Under the pieces are notes generated by a model. It was not told the origin of the DNA, searched no databases, and worked only from the letters and a program-made list of their open reading frames with translations. Below are positions 1-9,036 of a DNA stretch of 64,000 nt, in pieces (position 1 is the stretch's first letter; the number at the start of each line of letters is the position of its first letter). This stretch comes from Thermoplasmata archaeon. GTDB taxonomy: Archaea; Thermoplasmatota; Thermoplasmata; Halarchaeoplasmatales; Halarchaeoplasmataceae. The DNA lies in the NCBI GenBank assembly GCA_003560595.1, contig PWKY01000070.1, forward strand, positions 2,540 through 66,539. Direction: 5' to 3'. The position numbers were made by a program, and so were the translations under genes.

Positions 1-262
1 GGAACTTTTCCAGAAGATGATGTTTACGTATATCCTGCTGCACAAGGTCCTCGGCTTCACTATTTATCTTCAGTCCTTTTCTAGTGATATACTCACCATA
101 TCCCAGGTACTCCAACCGTCTCATCTTCTTGAGTGCGGCTACACGTGAAACATCCATCACTTTAGCTATTTCAGCGGGACCGATCGGCCCTTCATGTGCT
201 TTCAAAAGGAACAAAGCCCGAAGGTATTCTCTATCCCTACCGGTAAGTTCGTCGTTCTCCAT
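1..262 (-). CDS. DtxR/MntR-family metal-dependent transcriptional repressor (N-terminal HTH part; C-terminus runs off the window start)
   Basis: Reverse-complement translation from ATG at 260-262 gives MENDELTGRDREYLRALFLLKAHEGPIGPAEIAKVMDVSRVAALKKMRRLEYLGYGEYITRKGLKINSEAEDLVQQDIRKHHLLEKF. This matches the DtxR winged-helix pattern including the RKHxLLExFL helix. It is absent from the ORF track because it is truncated by the window edge. Confidence 0.6.
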   Translation of the reverse strand, partial: MENDELTGRDREYLRALFLLKAHEGPIGPAEIAKVMDVSRVAALKKMRRLEYLGYGEYITRKGLKINSEAEDLVQQDIRKHHLLEKF

Positions 263-385
263 ATTGTTAACTACTACTTAACTTATATTTATATCTTACT
301 CTTATTCCCAGTGCTTAATTAATATTTTACCCGGTTTCAATCCACAAAACATATTTATCGCACCGGATTTGTTTGGATTCCGGAA

Positions 386-1627
386 TTGGTCTCCATGGAT
401 ATGTCCAAAAAACAAGAGTACGAGTTCAAGAAAGCACTTGAGAAGATACAGGAGCTAAAAGGTCGCGGAACGGAACTTATTTCACTATACATACCACCGG
501 ACAAACAGATATCTGATGTAGCATCTTACCTTAGGGAGGAGATGTCTCAGAGCTCCAATATCAAATCGAAGTCCACCAAGAAACACGTTCAAGCCGCATT
601 GAAATCGATATTATCCAAATTGAAATACTTCAAAAAACCACCCGAGAACGGATTGGTATTTTTCGTAGGACACATCTCTGCGTCAGGTGATCAAACGGAG
701 ATGATATCAGAGACTATAGAACCCCCCTCTAAAATAGAGACCTTCTTATATCGATGTGATTCCGAATTTTATCTGGACCCATTAAGGGGGATGATGGGAG
801 AGAAGATCAAGTATGGACTGGTCGTAGTTGATCGAAGCGAAGCTACGATTGGTATGTTGAACGGGAACAGAGTTGAATCACTGACTAATGTTCAGTCCTT
901 GATCCCAAGTAAGCACTCTAAAGGTGGTCAGTCTGCTCAGAGGTTCGAGAGGCTTATCGAAGGTGCGGCACATCAATACTTTAAGAAGGTGGGAGAAAAG
1001 ACCAATCGCTTGCTATTGGATGAAAACATAGAAGGTCTATTGGTTGGAGGTCCTGGAGCAACAAAGGACGAATTTGCCGACGGTGACTATCTGCATCACG
1101 AACTTAAGAAGAAAATAATCGACCGTTTCAATACCGGTTACACCGACGAGTACGGTCTTAGAGAGCTAGTCCAGATGGCAGAGGATACTCTTTCAGGTCT
1201 AGAAGTGATGAAGGAGAAGAAATTGGTCAACCGTTTGCTCAAGGAGATACGTAAAGCGGACGGTGGTTTAGCCACATATGGTGAAGAACAGGTGAGAAAA
1301 GCACTCATGATCGGTGCAGTAGATACCTTGTTGATATCCGATGGTATAAACAAAGTGACGGTTCAGACCGTTTGTACTGACTGTGGTGAGGAGATGGAAT
1401 ATTCTTCCACGAAACCAGTGAAAGCACCAGAGTGCCCTGGATGCGGTAATATCATGGATATCAAAGACAAACGAGACATCATCGATGAACTTTACGAGGA
1501 AGCGGAAAACACAGGTTCTTCAGTTGAACTCATATCTGATGAATCCGAAGAGGGAGAATTGTTACTAACCGCCTTCGGAGGCCTAGCCGCTATTTTGAGA
1601 TTTAGGATCGGAGATGGTGTCGTATGA
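386..1627 (+). CDS. prf1: peptide chain release factor aRF1 (eRF1 homologue)
   Basis: 413 aa. GGQ motif present (HSKGGQSAQRFERL). NIKS-like region present (SNIKSKSTKK). Length and domain order are typical of aRF1. Confidence 0.9.
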   Translation: MVSMDMSKKQEYEFKKALEKIQELKGRGTELISLYIPPDKQISDVASYLREEMSQSSNIKSKSTKKHVQAALKSILSKLKYFKKPPENGLVFFVGHISASGDQTEMISETIEPPSKIETFLYRCDSEFYLDPLRGMMGEKIKYGLVVVDRSEATIGMLNGNRVESLTNVQSLIPSKHSKGGQSAQRFERLIEGAAHQYFKKVGEKTNRLLLDENIEGLLVGGPGATKDEFADGDYLHHELKKKIIDRFNTGYTDEYGLRELVQMAEDTLSGLEVMKEKKLVNRLLKEIRKADGGLATYGEEQVRKALMIGAVDTLLISDGINKVTVQTVCTDCGEEMEYSSTKPVKAPECPGCGNIMDIKDKRDIIDELYEEAENTGSSVELISDESEEGELLLTAFGGLAAILRFRIGDGVV

Positions 1628-3300
1628 ATTATCCGCTGATAGCATTTGAAGAAGAGATCAGAGGAGAGATAGAACGTATTTTAGGAAGGGAAATAGAAAT
1701 ACCTGTAGAAATACCCTATGAAGAAAGGGGGGACTACGCCGTACCCTGCTTTTCCTTTGCACCCATATCAAAAAAAAATCCTAAAGAGATCGCTTCTCAA
1801 CTAGTAGATGAGATGAAACTAGATCTGGGTAGGGCGGAACAATCGGGACCCTATCTTAACTTCTGGATCCATGAAAGTTATCTTCTTAAAGAAACTGTTG
1901 GTAGATCTTTGGAGGAAAAATTCGGCTGGTTCGAGCAAAAAGATGAAAAAGTGCTCATAGAACACACCAGTGCCAATCCAAACGCCCCTCTACATGTAGG
2001 CAACGCTCGTAACCCTATCATCGGCGATACTGTTGCAAGGATATTCAAGCGCTTGGGATACGACGTTACCACGGAATACTACGTCGATGATATGGGACGT
2101 CAGGTGGCGATACTTACCTGGGGATTAGAAAATCTATCAAAAAAAGATGTGGAAGAGGTTGAAAGAGATAAACCGGACCATCGACTCATGGTTTACTACC
2201 AAAAGGCATCTAAACTGATGGAAGAAGAATCCGTTAAAGAGGGGATCCATGATATAATCAGATTGATGGAGTCAGGAGATGCTGATACCATCGAAAGATT
2301 CAAAACTAATTCAGAACTGGTTCTATCCGGACACAACGCTTCCCTAAAACGATTGAATATATCTCACGACAGCTTTAAGACCGAATCCTCTCTAATACTA
2401 GAGGGTAAGGTACGTGAAGCCGTTGATGCATTGAAAAAAGTTCCTATATGCGGAGAAGATGAAGGTGCTCTTTACATCGAGTGGGACGGTAATAGAGTGT
2501 ATCTAACTAGAAGCGACGGAACAAGCCTTTACCCTGTCCGTGACATAGCCTATCACATAGAAAAAACAGAAAGAACAGATAGGTTGATCGACATACTGGG
2601 AGAGGACCATAAGACGCATGCACTTTCTATCTTCAAAGCATTAGAAGCACTGAATATCGAGCCGTCCCCTGAATTCATCTTCTACTCCTTCGTATCTCTA
2701 GAGGGTGAGAAGATGTCAACTCGGTCCGGAAGGTCCGTATGGCTGGACGGTTTGATGGACACAGCCCGTCAGCGTGCAGAGGAAGAGATACTCGCTAGAA
2801 GAGACGATCTCAAGCATGACGATGTGCAGGATATTGCGGAGATAGTGGGCATGGGGGCTGTAAGATTTAACGTGATCAAAGTTCAACCTGAGAAACCTAT
2901 TGACTTCAGGTGGGAAGAGGCACTAAACTTCCAAGGAAGTAGCGCTCCTTTCGTCCAATATTCACACGCTAGAGCAGCGAGCATATTGAGGAGATGGGGT
3001 GGGGATAAAGATGAACTCACCTCGGTTGATCCTACTTTATTGGATTGCGAAGGCGAGATAAAGTTGGTAAAAAAGATAGCACAATACCCACGTGTTCTTC
3101 TTGAATCAACAACCTCTCCACATCTAATCGCAAACTACGCTGTTCAGCTTGCAGCAGAATTCAATAAATTTTATCGAGATCATCCCGTTCTACAGGCAGA
3201 AGATAACAAACTATCCCGATTGGCTCTTGTACTTTCTTCAAAGAATGTTCTGAAAGAGGTATTAGATACATTGGGTATAATCGCACCAGATCATATGTAA
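1624..3300 (+). CDS. argS: arginine--tRNA ligase
   Basis: 558 aa class I aaRS. HIGH-type motif present (PNAPLHVGNARN). KMSK-type motif present (KMSTRSG). The start overlaps the aRF1 stop as ATGA. Confidence 0.9.
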   Translation: MNYPLIAFEEEIRGEIERILGREIEIPVEIPYEERGDYAVPCFSFAPISKKNPKEIASQLVDEMKLDLGRAEQSGPYLNFWIHESYLLKETVGRSLEEKFGWFEQKDEKVLIEHTSANPNAPLHVGNARNPIIGDTVARIFKRLGYDVTTEYYVDDMGRQVAILTWGLENLSKKDVEEVERDKPDHRLMVYYQKASKLMEEESVKEGIHDIIRLMESGDADTIERFKTNSELVLSGHNASLKRLNISHDSFKTESSLILEGKVREAVDALKKVPICGEDEGALYIEWDGNRVYLTRSDGTSLYPVRDIAYHIEKTERTDRLIDILGEDHKTHALSIFKALEALNIEPSPEFIFYSFVSLEGEKMSTRSGRSVWLDGLMDTARQRAEEEILARRDDLKHDDVQDIAEIVGMGAVRFNVIKVQPEKPIDFRWEEALNFQGSSAPFVQYSHARAASILRRWGGDKDELTSVDPTLLDCEGEIKLVKKIAQYPRVLLESTTSPHLIANYAVQLAAEFNKFYRDHPVLQAEDNKLSRLALVLSSKNVLKEVLDTLGIIAPDHM

Positions 3301-3309
3301 AAAAAGAAA

Positions 3310-3335
3310 ATAAAGAGAAAGGGGTTTTTTTTGTT
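3310..3335. terminator. candidate bidirectional terminator (A-tract, GGGG, T8)
   Basis: The element agaaaggggtttttttt lies between convergent argS (+) and the 3336-6203 gene (-). The same motif recurs at three other convergent junctions. Confidence 0.4.
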
Positions 3336-6203
3336 TTACTTGCGCAGCATATTCTGAACCTTATCTTTATTCAGATAAAGGCCTACTGCTACTCCGATTA
3401 TGATGACCGGAACAAGTATGTAGCCTATCAGAGTGCGCCACTGTGGTGGATCTACGTTTACGGTAATATCCATCTCATTGTCGTATTGCCATGCTGCTGG
3501 TTCATCGGCATCAGTTACATTGACGGTTAAAGTGTGTTCACCTTCTTCTGCTTCCCACTCAAACCTTATCTGCCTGGATTCGTCGATAGGTATATTGGAA
3601 GCTGTTTCTTCACCATCTACGTCATAAAATCTTGGTGTGATCGCAACTGGTTCACCATCGACTCTAAATGCAACATTCACGTTGGTAGCATTTGCGGTAC
3701 CGTAATTTGTCACGTTTGCGATAACCTCTACTGTATCTCCACTCCTGATACTATCTTCTGAAAGGAATACTTCCATCACTTCTATGTTCGGCGTAGGTCC
3801 AGGTATCACTTCAATTGTGTGTGAGATGTTATTGTAGTTTCCTGCTTCATCAGTGACGTTCAAGTGTATATCATAGGTTCCGATTTGTGGGTAAGAGTAG
3901 TTTGTGTCACTCTGTACAACACCAGGTAGCCACCACTCTATGTTTATCTCTGATTGTTCCCCATCGAACCCAGCTGGGTCATAAGATCGGTCGGCATCTA
4001 GTGAAAACTCTTGGTTCCTTCTTAATCGAACTGTGTCGGTGATGTTCTCACTGCCTATCTCTCCGTCCTCATGGGTCAGTGTAAATCTTGCAACTGGAGG
4101 TGTAACATCCTCCACTGTTATAAGTATGGTTTCTACGTTCCAGTTACCCAATACATCTGTAGCGTTTACTGACACTTCATAGGTCCCGTATAACTCGAAT
4201 GAGTGACTAACGTTTGTACCTGTTATGTGGTCCGTTCCATCGCTAAAGTTCCAACTGAATTCTGATATTTCACTATCATCGGTGAAGTTATATGCTGAAA
4301 ACTCGATCGTTTCACCTTCATCTACAATTTCGTTGGTAACTTCTATTTCGCCTTGTGGTCCTGTTCCATCAACTAGGATATTGGTATATGCATAGATTAC
4401 CAATCCTCCTGCTTGACGTATTCTAACGGAGATGTTCATATCTTCGCCATCATCTTCAATACCAAAGGTATGTGTTATCTCGCTTCCGTATTTACCTATC
4501 TCTACGTTATCTAATAACCAAGTATAGTTCGCATCTTCTTCTCTGCCTACTGGATCGGTCAAGTCGGCTATCAAGGTTACCTCCTCTTCTGCTTTCACAG
4601 CATAGTATTGATCATCCAAACGGTGTACGTTCACATCATCTACTAGCACAACTGATGCTTCACCTTCTTCAGACAAGCGTACCTCAAGGGTTAGATATGA
4701 TCTTCCAACACCTTCAGGAGTATCTATGGTTATTTCAGTATAGCCTTCTATTTCAACACCAGATGGTATTACTTCGTTCTCCGTTACAGCTCTCTCATAG
4801 CCATTAGGCAAATTGATCGTATATGAGTAATCACGGTGATTTCCAATAACCGCGTCGTTCTTGAGTGCCAGGTTCAAAAAGATTGGGTCATCTTCTTCCA
4901 TCTCTAACTCCCCGTCGACAGAATAATGCATCTCGCTGGTTAGGGTTATCGTATCCACATCAAGATCGGTGACATCTCCACGTAACGATTCAAGTTCAAG
5001 ATCATCATCAAATGGGAAATCATCTAGTGTGTATATGTTGTCTTCCAACCATAACATCCTCTGAGATGTAGGATGGTTGGCTTCCCTGTACTCGAGCCAT
5101 TCTCTGAATAAATCTACATCTGACTGAGTAACGATACCGTCTCCGTCTCCGAACACCATATCGATCTGCATACGCAGGTTACCTAGATACCAGTGATCCA
5201 ATCCCATCATACGGCTGTTGATCTCCAGTGTCCTCTCCCGGATAACGGTCATCGATTCCCATGATTCAAATCCGATATGTGTGTTTATGGTTTCACCGGG
5301 AGTCTTTTCAACTTCAACCCGGCGTAATGGATAATTTACATCGTCACTTTCGATCTGAATATCCTGTATGAATGGTTTGTATCCTTCTGCGGAAACTATC
5401 AATGTGTAATTACCTTCTGAAGCTCCGATGTTGAACCATGCGTTGCCTTCTGGCATGGTTGATCTTAAGATATCCGTGTTGTCTTCTTGGTTGATCAAGG
5501 TAACTTCCATCTGTGTGGTTATACCATATCCATGATCGGAGAAAAGGAACCCGCTAACTTGTGGAGTATCCTGCAAAACAACGTCTATATTTTTAGTTTC
5601 ATTGATAACAAAGTCATACTCCATGTAGGGTGCATAATCTTCTGCTTCAACCCTTAGGTTGAACATGCCCTCGTACATCTTAAACTCGAATTCTCCTGAT
5701 GTAAAGTTATCGATGCCAGTTTGGAAGTGGTAATCCGTTCCATCAAATAAATGGATCTGTGCATCTTCTAAAACATCTCCGAACTCGTTCAAGACGGTAC
5801 CGTTAACAGAATGTTCTCTAACCTTCGATACAACCGTGATATCTTCATATACGGTATAATCCGCTGTCACTTCTAGAACACCTGATTCCCCTCCATGGTA
5901 GGCCCTGATGTGGGTCTGGGAAGGTATAGATATTTTGTAATGACCTACATCCAGGTCTGAGAACTGGAAGTATCCTCCTTTTTGAGTTTGTGATTCTATA
6001 GTTACTTCCTCGTTAAGGTTTTCAAGGTTGATATTGAATCCTTCTGGAATAAGGCTTCCGTCCTGAGCCTGCACTATTCCCTCTACAGACCCTACATGGC
6101 GTTCTTCTGCTCGCGCATTCCATTGCAGTACCATCGCGACTGAAAGTACCATTAAAAGCACTATCAGACCGGTAGCCAATTTGCCTCTTGTTTTTGGTTT
6201 CAT
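3336..6203 (-). CDS. secreted cell-surface protein with PKD/Ig-like beta-sandwich repeats and a C-terminal transmembrane anchor
   Basis: 955 aa. N-terminal hydrophobic signal (MKPKTRGKLATGLIVLLMVLSVAMVLQWNARA). PKD-like segments present (SVNATDVLGNWNVETILITVEDVTPP). C-terminal TM helix (LIGYILVPVIIIGVAVGLYL) followed by a basic tail. Acidic and N/T-rich, as expected for an extracellular protein. Confidence 0.6.
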   Translation of the reverse strand: MKPKTRGKLATGLIVLLMVLSVAMVLQWNARAEERHVGSVEGIVQAQDGSLIPEGFNINLENLNEEVTIESQTQKGGYFQFSDLDVGHYKISIPSQTHIRAYHGGESGVLEVTADYTVYEDITVVSKVREHSVNGTVLNEFGDVLEDAQIHLFDGTDYHFQTGIDNFTSGEFEFKMYEGMFNLRVEAEDYAPYMEYDFVINETKNIDVVLQDTPQVSGFLFSDHGYGITTQMEVTLINQEDNTDILRSTMPEGNAWFNIGASEGNYTLIVSAEGYKPFIQDIQIESDDVNYPLRRVEVEKTPGETINTHIGFESWESMTVIRERTLEINSRMMGLDHWYLGNLRMQIDMVFGDGDGIVTQSDVDLFREWLEYREANHPTSQRMLWLEDNIYTLDDFPFDDDLELESLRGDVTDLDVDTITLTSEMHYSVDGELEMEEDDPIFLNLALKNDAVIGNHRDYSYTINLPNGYERAVTENEVIPSGVEIEGYTEITIDTPEGVGRSYLTLEVRLSEEGEASVVLVDDVNVHRLDDQYYAVKAEEEVTLIADLTDPVGREEDANYTWLLDNVEIGKYGSEITHTFGIEDDGEDMNISVRIRQAGGLVIYAYTNILVDGTGPQGEIEVTNEIVDEGETIEFSAYNFTDDSEISEFSWNFSDGTDHITGTNVSHSFELYGTYEVSVNATDVLGNWNVETILITVEDVTPPVARFTLTHEDGEIGSENITDTVRLRRNQEFSLDADRSYDPAGFDGEQSEINIEWWLPGVVQSDTNYSYPQIGTYDIHLNVTDEAGNYNNISHTIEVIPGPTPNIEVMEVFLSEDSIRSGDTVEVIANVTNYGTANATNVNVAFRVDGEPVAITPRFYDVDGEETASNIPIDESRQIRFEWEAEEGEHTLTVNVTDADEPAAWQYDNEMDITVNVDPPQWRTLIGYILVPVIIIGVAVGLYLNKDKVQNMLRK

Positions 6204-6362
6204 ATTATGGTTCCTCCTTGGAACATTATACTGTTTAACACTATGGATTTACCCACGGCATTAGGGGTGCTAATATAAATATTTTTGCAGTGAGTCGATA
6301 GTGATTGGCAAGGCAAAGTATAATATATTATTTACATGTATTACTTATACAGGTAGTTAAAG

Positions 6363-6584
6363 ATGAAGCACGAGCGAAAAAGCAAGAGGCGTAAGAAAAC
6401 GTGTGATGTGAAGGGCTGCGATGGGAAAAAGAAACAATCGGTACCCGCTGGAAAGGCCTCAACAAAAGCAGGGCTGGATATAGACGCCGATGGACCGAAC
6501 GCTTACCTGTGTAAGAAACACTGGAAGGAGTACAAGAAAAATACTAAGGAAGAGCGGGAAGCCAGACAACTCTCGTGGAAGTAG
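6363..6584 (+). CDS. small, very basic Cys/His zinc-finger-like protein (hypothetical)
   Basis: 73 aa. Cx4C...CxxH arrangement (CDVKGCDGKK ... CKKHWKEYKK). K/R-rich. No family recognised. Confidence 0.35.
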   Translation: MKHERKSKRRKKTCDVKGCDGKKKQSVPAGKASTKAGLDIDADGPNAYLCKKHWKEYKKNTKEEREARQLSWK

Positions 6585-6617
6585 TTCGAAAAACTTTTTT
6601 AGTATTATTTTGTATCT

Positions 6618-7187
6618 TTGACAATGAATCGAAAGAAGGTACTGGCAGAAACACTCCCTGTTCTTTTCCTTTGTGTTTTAGGGGGTAGTTTAGCCGGTTA
6701 CTTTCTCGGTAGTATGACCGAGATATTCGAACTCATACCGGGTTTGATCGTCATCGTCCCCGCCATAATAGACATGAGGGGTAATATATGTTCAGCCCTC
6801 GGTTCACGTCTCGGTTCCGCTATGCATCTTGGTATGCTCGAGAAGGGTCTGACGTCTGACATCACGCTTGAAAACTTTAAAGGCACGATGTCGTTGAGTT
6901 TCTTTGTTTCGTTACTATTTCCTATATTCCTGTTGATCACAAGCTTTTTCTTACCATTTTCAGTCACCTGGCGGGTTCTTGGTGTCATTGCTTTGATATC
7001 CATTTCAACCGGTGTTACTTCTGCTGTAGTACTGTTGTTAGTGACTTTCTTGATCATATTGCTCTCGATAAAGTTCAATATAGATCCCGACAATGTGAGT
7101 GGTCCCGTACTAACGACAGTTGGTGACATAGCAACCTTGATCATAATGTTCGGTTTCGCAACATTCTTTGGAGGTTTATTCCTATGA
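6618..7187 (+). CDS. MgtE-family divalent-cation transporter, membrane domain only (PF01769-like)
   Basis: 189 aa polytopic membrane protein. It carries the MgtE TM signature (PDNVSGPVLTTVGDIATLIIMFG). It has a paralogue immediately downstream. Confidence 0.6.
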   Translation: MTMNRKKVLAETLPVLFLCVLGGSLAGYFLGSMTEIFELIPGLIVIVPAIIDMRGNICSALGSRLGSAMHLGMLEKGLTSDITLENFKGTMSLSFFVSLLFPIFLLITSFFLPFSVTWRVLGVIALISISTGVTSAVVLLLVTFLIILLSIKFNIDPDNVSGPVLTTVGDIATLIIMFGFATFFGGLFL

Positions 7188-7735
7188 AATACCATTGGAA
7201 GAACATATTCAAAGAAAGCGCAGGGATCTTAGCATTGATGGCTTTTATCGGGATCACAGGGGGGCATGTGCTAGAATCCATAGAAGAACAATTGATATTG
7301 TTTCCTGTCCTGCTTTTTTTGGTACCTATCTTGAACGGTGTTGGAGGAAATCTTGGTGCGGTGTTAGGAGCTCGATTATCCTCTGGATTACATACCGGTT
7401 ATATCGAGGCGGATTATTTAGATGAAGAGGTGAAGGAAAATCTGTTGATGACCCTGTTGATGGGGGGGATGGTTTTTGGAGGTCTAGCAATCGGAGTTTC
7501 CCTCTCCTCCTTTGCTATACCCTTGGGTTTAACATTCACTCAACTGATAATGATCGTTATCGGGGCCGGTGTGATAACCACCGTATCCATCACATTTATT
7601 ACTGTCTTTACTACTTTATATTCATATAATAAGAACATGGACCCGGACAACGTAGTGATACCCATCGTGACCACCGCCTGCGACTTCATAGGCATCGTCG
7701 CATTGGTGTTAATGATCTGGTTGGTGATAATTTGA
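7184..7735 (+). CDS. MgtE-family divalent-cation transporter membrane domain, paralogue 2
   Basis: 183 aa. Same signature (PDNVVIPIVTTACDFIGIVALV). Start overlaps the upstream stop. Confidence 0.6.
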   Translation: MKYHWKNIFKESAGILALMAFIGITGGHVLESIEEQLILFPVLLFLVPILNGVGGNLGAVLGARLSSGLHTGYIEADYLDEEVKENLLMTLLMGGMVFGGLAIGVSLSSFAIPLGLTFTQLIMIVIGAGVITTVSITFITVFTTLYSYNKNMDPDNVVIPIVTTACDFIGIVALVLMIWLVII

Positions 7736-8376
7736 GAAGAAAAAGATTGGAAAAGGAGCTTAAGGAAGAGCATGGAGAGATCCCGTATGAACAGACATCG
7801 GTGAGGGAACTCCTCACGCTGATGAAAGATACCACTGAATTGATCACTGACTTAGCCTACGCAGCAGCCGCCTTTGAAAATAGGGAACTAGCTGAGGAGG
7901 TTAGACACCTTGAATCAGAGATGGATAAGATGATGTATCAGATCCGTTTGAAATGTATGCTCGGTGCACGGTCTATGGAGCATGCGGAGCAGATGACAGG
8001 CATACTACAGGTAGCATCGGCCACTGAAAAAATATCTGATGCCGCCGAAGACATGGTAAAGCTACTAGATATGGACCTAGATCTAAGAGCGATCTTACCT
8101 CATATTTTATCTGAAGCTGATGAAAAGATACACACTATTATGATATATCCTAATTCTGAGATGGTAGGTAAATCAATTGGCCAACTATTACTAGAATCCA
8201 ATACAGGCATCAGAGTTATAGCGGTTAGAAGAAAAAATAGATGGATATTCGGCCCGGATGCCGATACACGTTTGTTGGAAAATGACCTGATGATCGTTCG
8301 AGGGGTTGAATCCGGTTACAGAGAGGTTAGAGCGGTGGCCCATGGAGAGATGGCTTGGTCGGAGGTGATAGGATGA
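7732..8376 (+). CDS. PhoU-like (DUF47-type) plus TrkA-C (RCK_C) domain regulator
   Basis: 214 aa. N-terminal helical PhoU-like region. C-terminal TrkA-C-like beta domain (GKSIGQL...GIRVIAVRRKNRWIFGPDADTRLLENDLMIVRG). Overlaps the MgtE-like gene by 4 nt. Confidence 0.55.
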   Translation: MRRKRLEKELKEEHGEIPYEQTSVRELLTLMKDTTELITDLAYAAAAFENRELAEEVRHLESEMDKMMYQIRLKCMLGARSMEHAEQMTGILQVASATEKISDAAEDMVKLLDMDLDLRAILPHILSEADEKIHTIMIYPNSEMVGKSIGQLLLESNTGIRVIAVRRKNRWIFGPDADTRLLENDLMIVRGVESGYREVRAVAHGEMAWSEVIG

Positions 8377-8933
8377 ATAAAGAGGATAGAGTACTTCTCG
8401 AGATGAAAAACACGTCAGAACTCATGTTAGACCTGGCCTACTCTGCATTGATATATCAAAATAAAGATATCGCTAAAGAAGTTATCGAGCTTGAAGACCG
8501 GGTGAACAAACTTCATGAGATCCTGATACGATCTGCTTTAGGATGTTCCAAAGACGAAAAATCGTTTGATAGGAGTTTGATCATGATGAAGATCTCTGAT
8601 TCCATCGAGAGGATCGCGGATGGCGCTTTGGATATAGCCGACGTAGTCCTCCGGGATATCGACCTTCACCCAGTTGTTAGAAAAAGCTTGGATGAATCTG
8701 ACGTGGTGATCTTGAAGCATCGGGTCGAGAAAGGGGCGATGCTTCATGGTAAGACCCTGGGTGAAGTTAAACTGGCCACAGAAACCGGAGTATGGGTGAT
8801 CGCTATAAGGAGAGGTAAAGATTGGATATATGGTCCGGATGAAGGGACTACTATCAGTGCAGGAGACGTACTCTATGCAAGAGGTCCGGATGATAGTGAA
8901 AAGATGTTGTCTCCGTACATTAAAGGTAAATAA
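8355..8933 (+). CDS. PhoU-like plus TrkA-C domain regulator, paralogue 2
   Basis: 192 aa with the same architecture (GKTLGEVKLATETGVWVIAIRRGKDWIYGPDEGTTISAGDVLYARG). Overlaps the previous gene. Confidence 0.55.
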   Translation: MVGGDRMNKEDRVLLEMKNTSELMLDLAYSALIYQNKDIAKEVIELEDRVNKLHEILIRSALGCSKDEKSFDRSLIMMKISDSIERIADGALDIADVVLRDIDLHPVVRKSLDESDVVILKHRVEKGAMLHGKTLGEVKLATETGVWVIAIRRGKDWIYGPDEGTTISAGDVLYARGPDDSEKMLSPYIKGK

Positions 8934-9036
8934 CCAACACTTATAAATAACATTTCGTACATCAGTAATAGCAAATTAGTAAAATTCATCCCGTAGGCAG
9001 CAAGATTAGCATCGCTAATAGATTTCTACGAGGTAT

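Noticed and set aside
84-281. Listed 65-aa plus-strand ORF
   Set aside because: It is antisense to a clear DtxR-family N-terminus encoded on the minus strand (1-262). The product is low-complexity with no motif.
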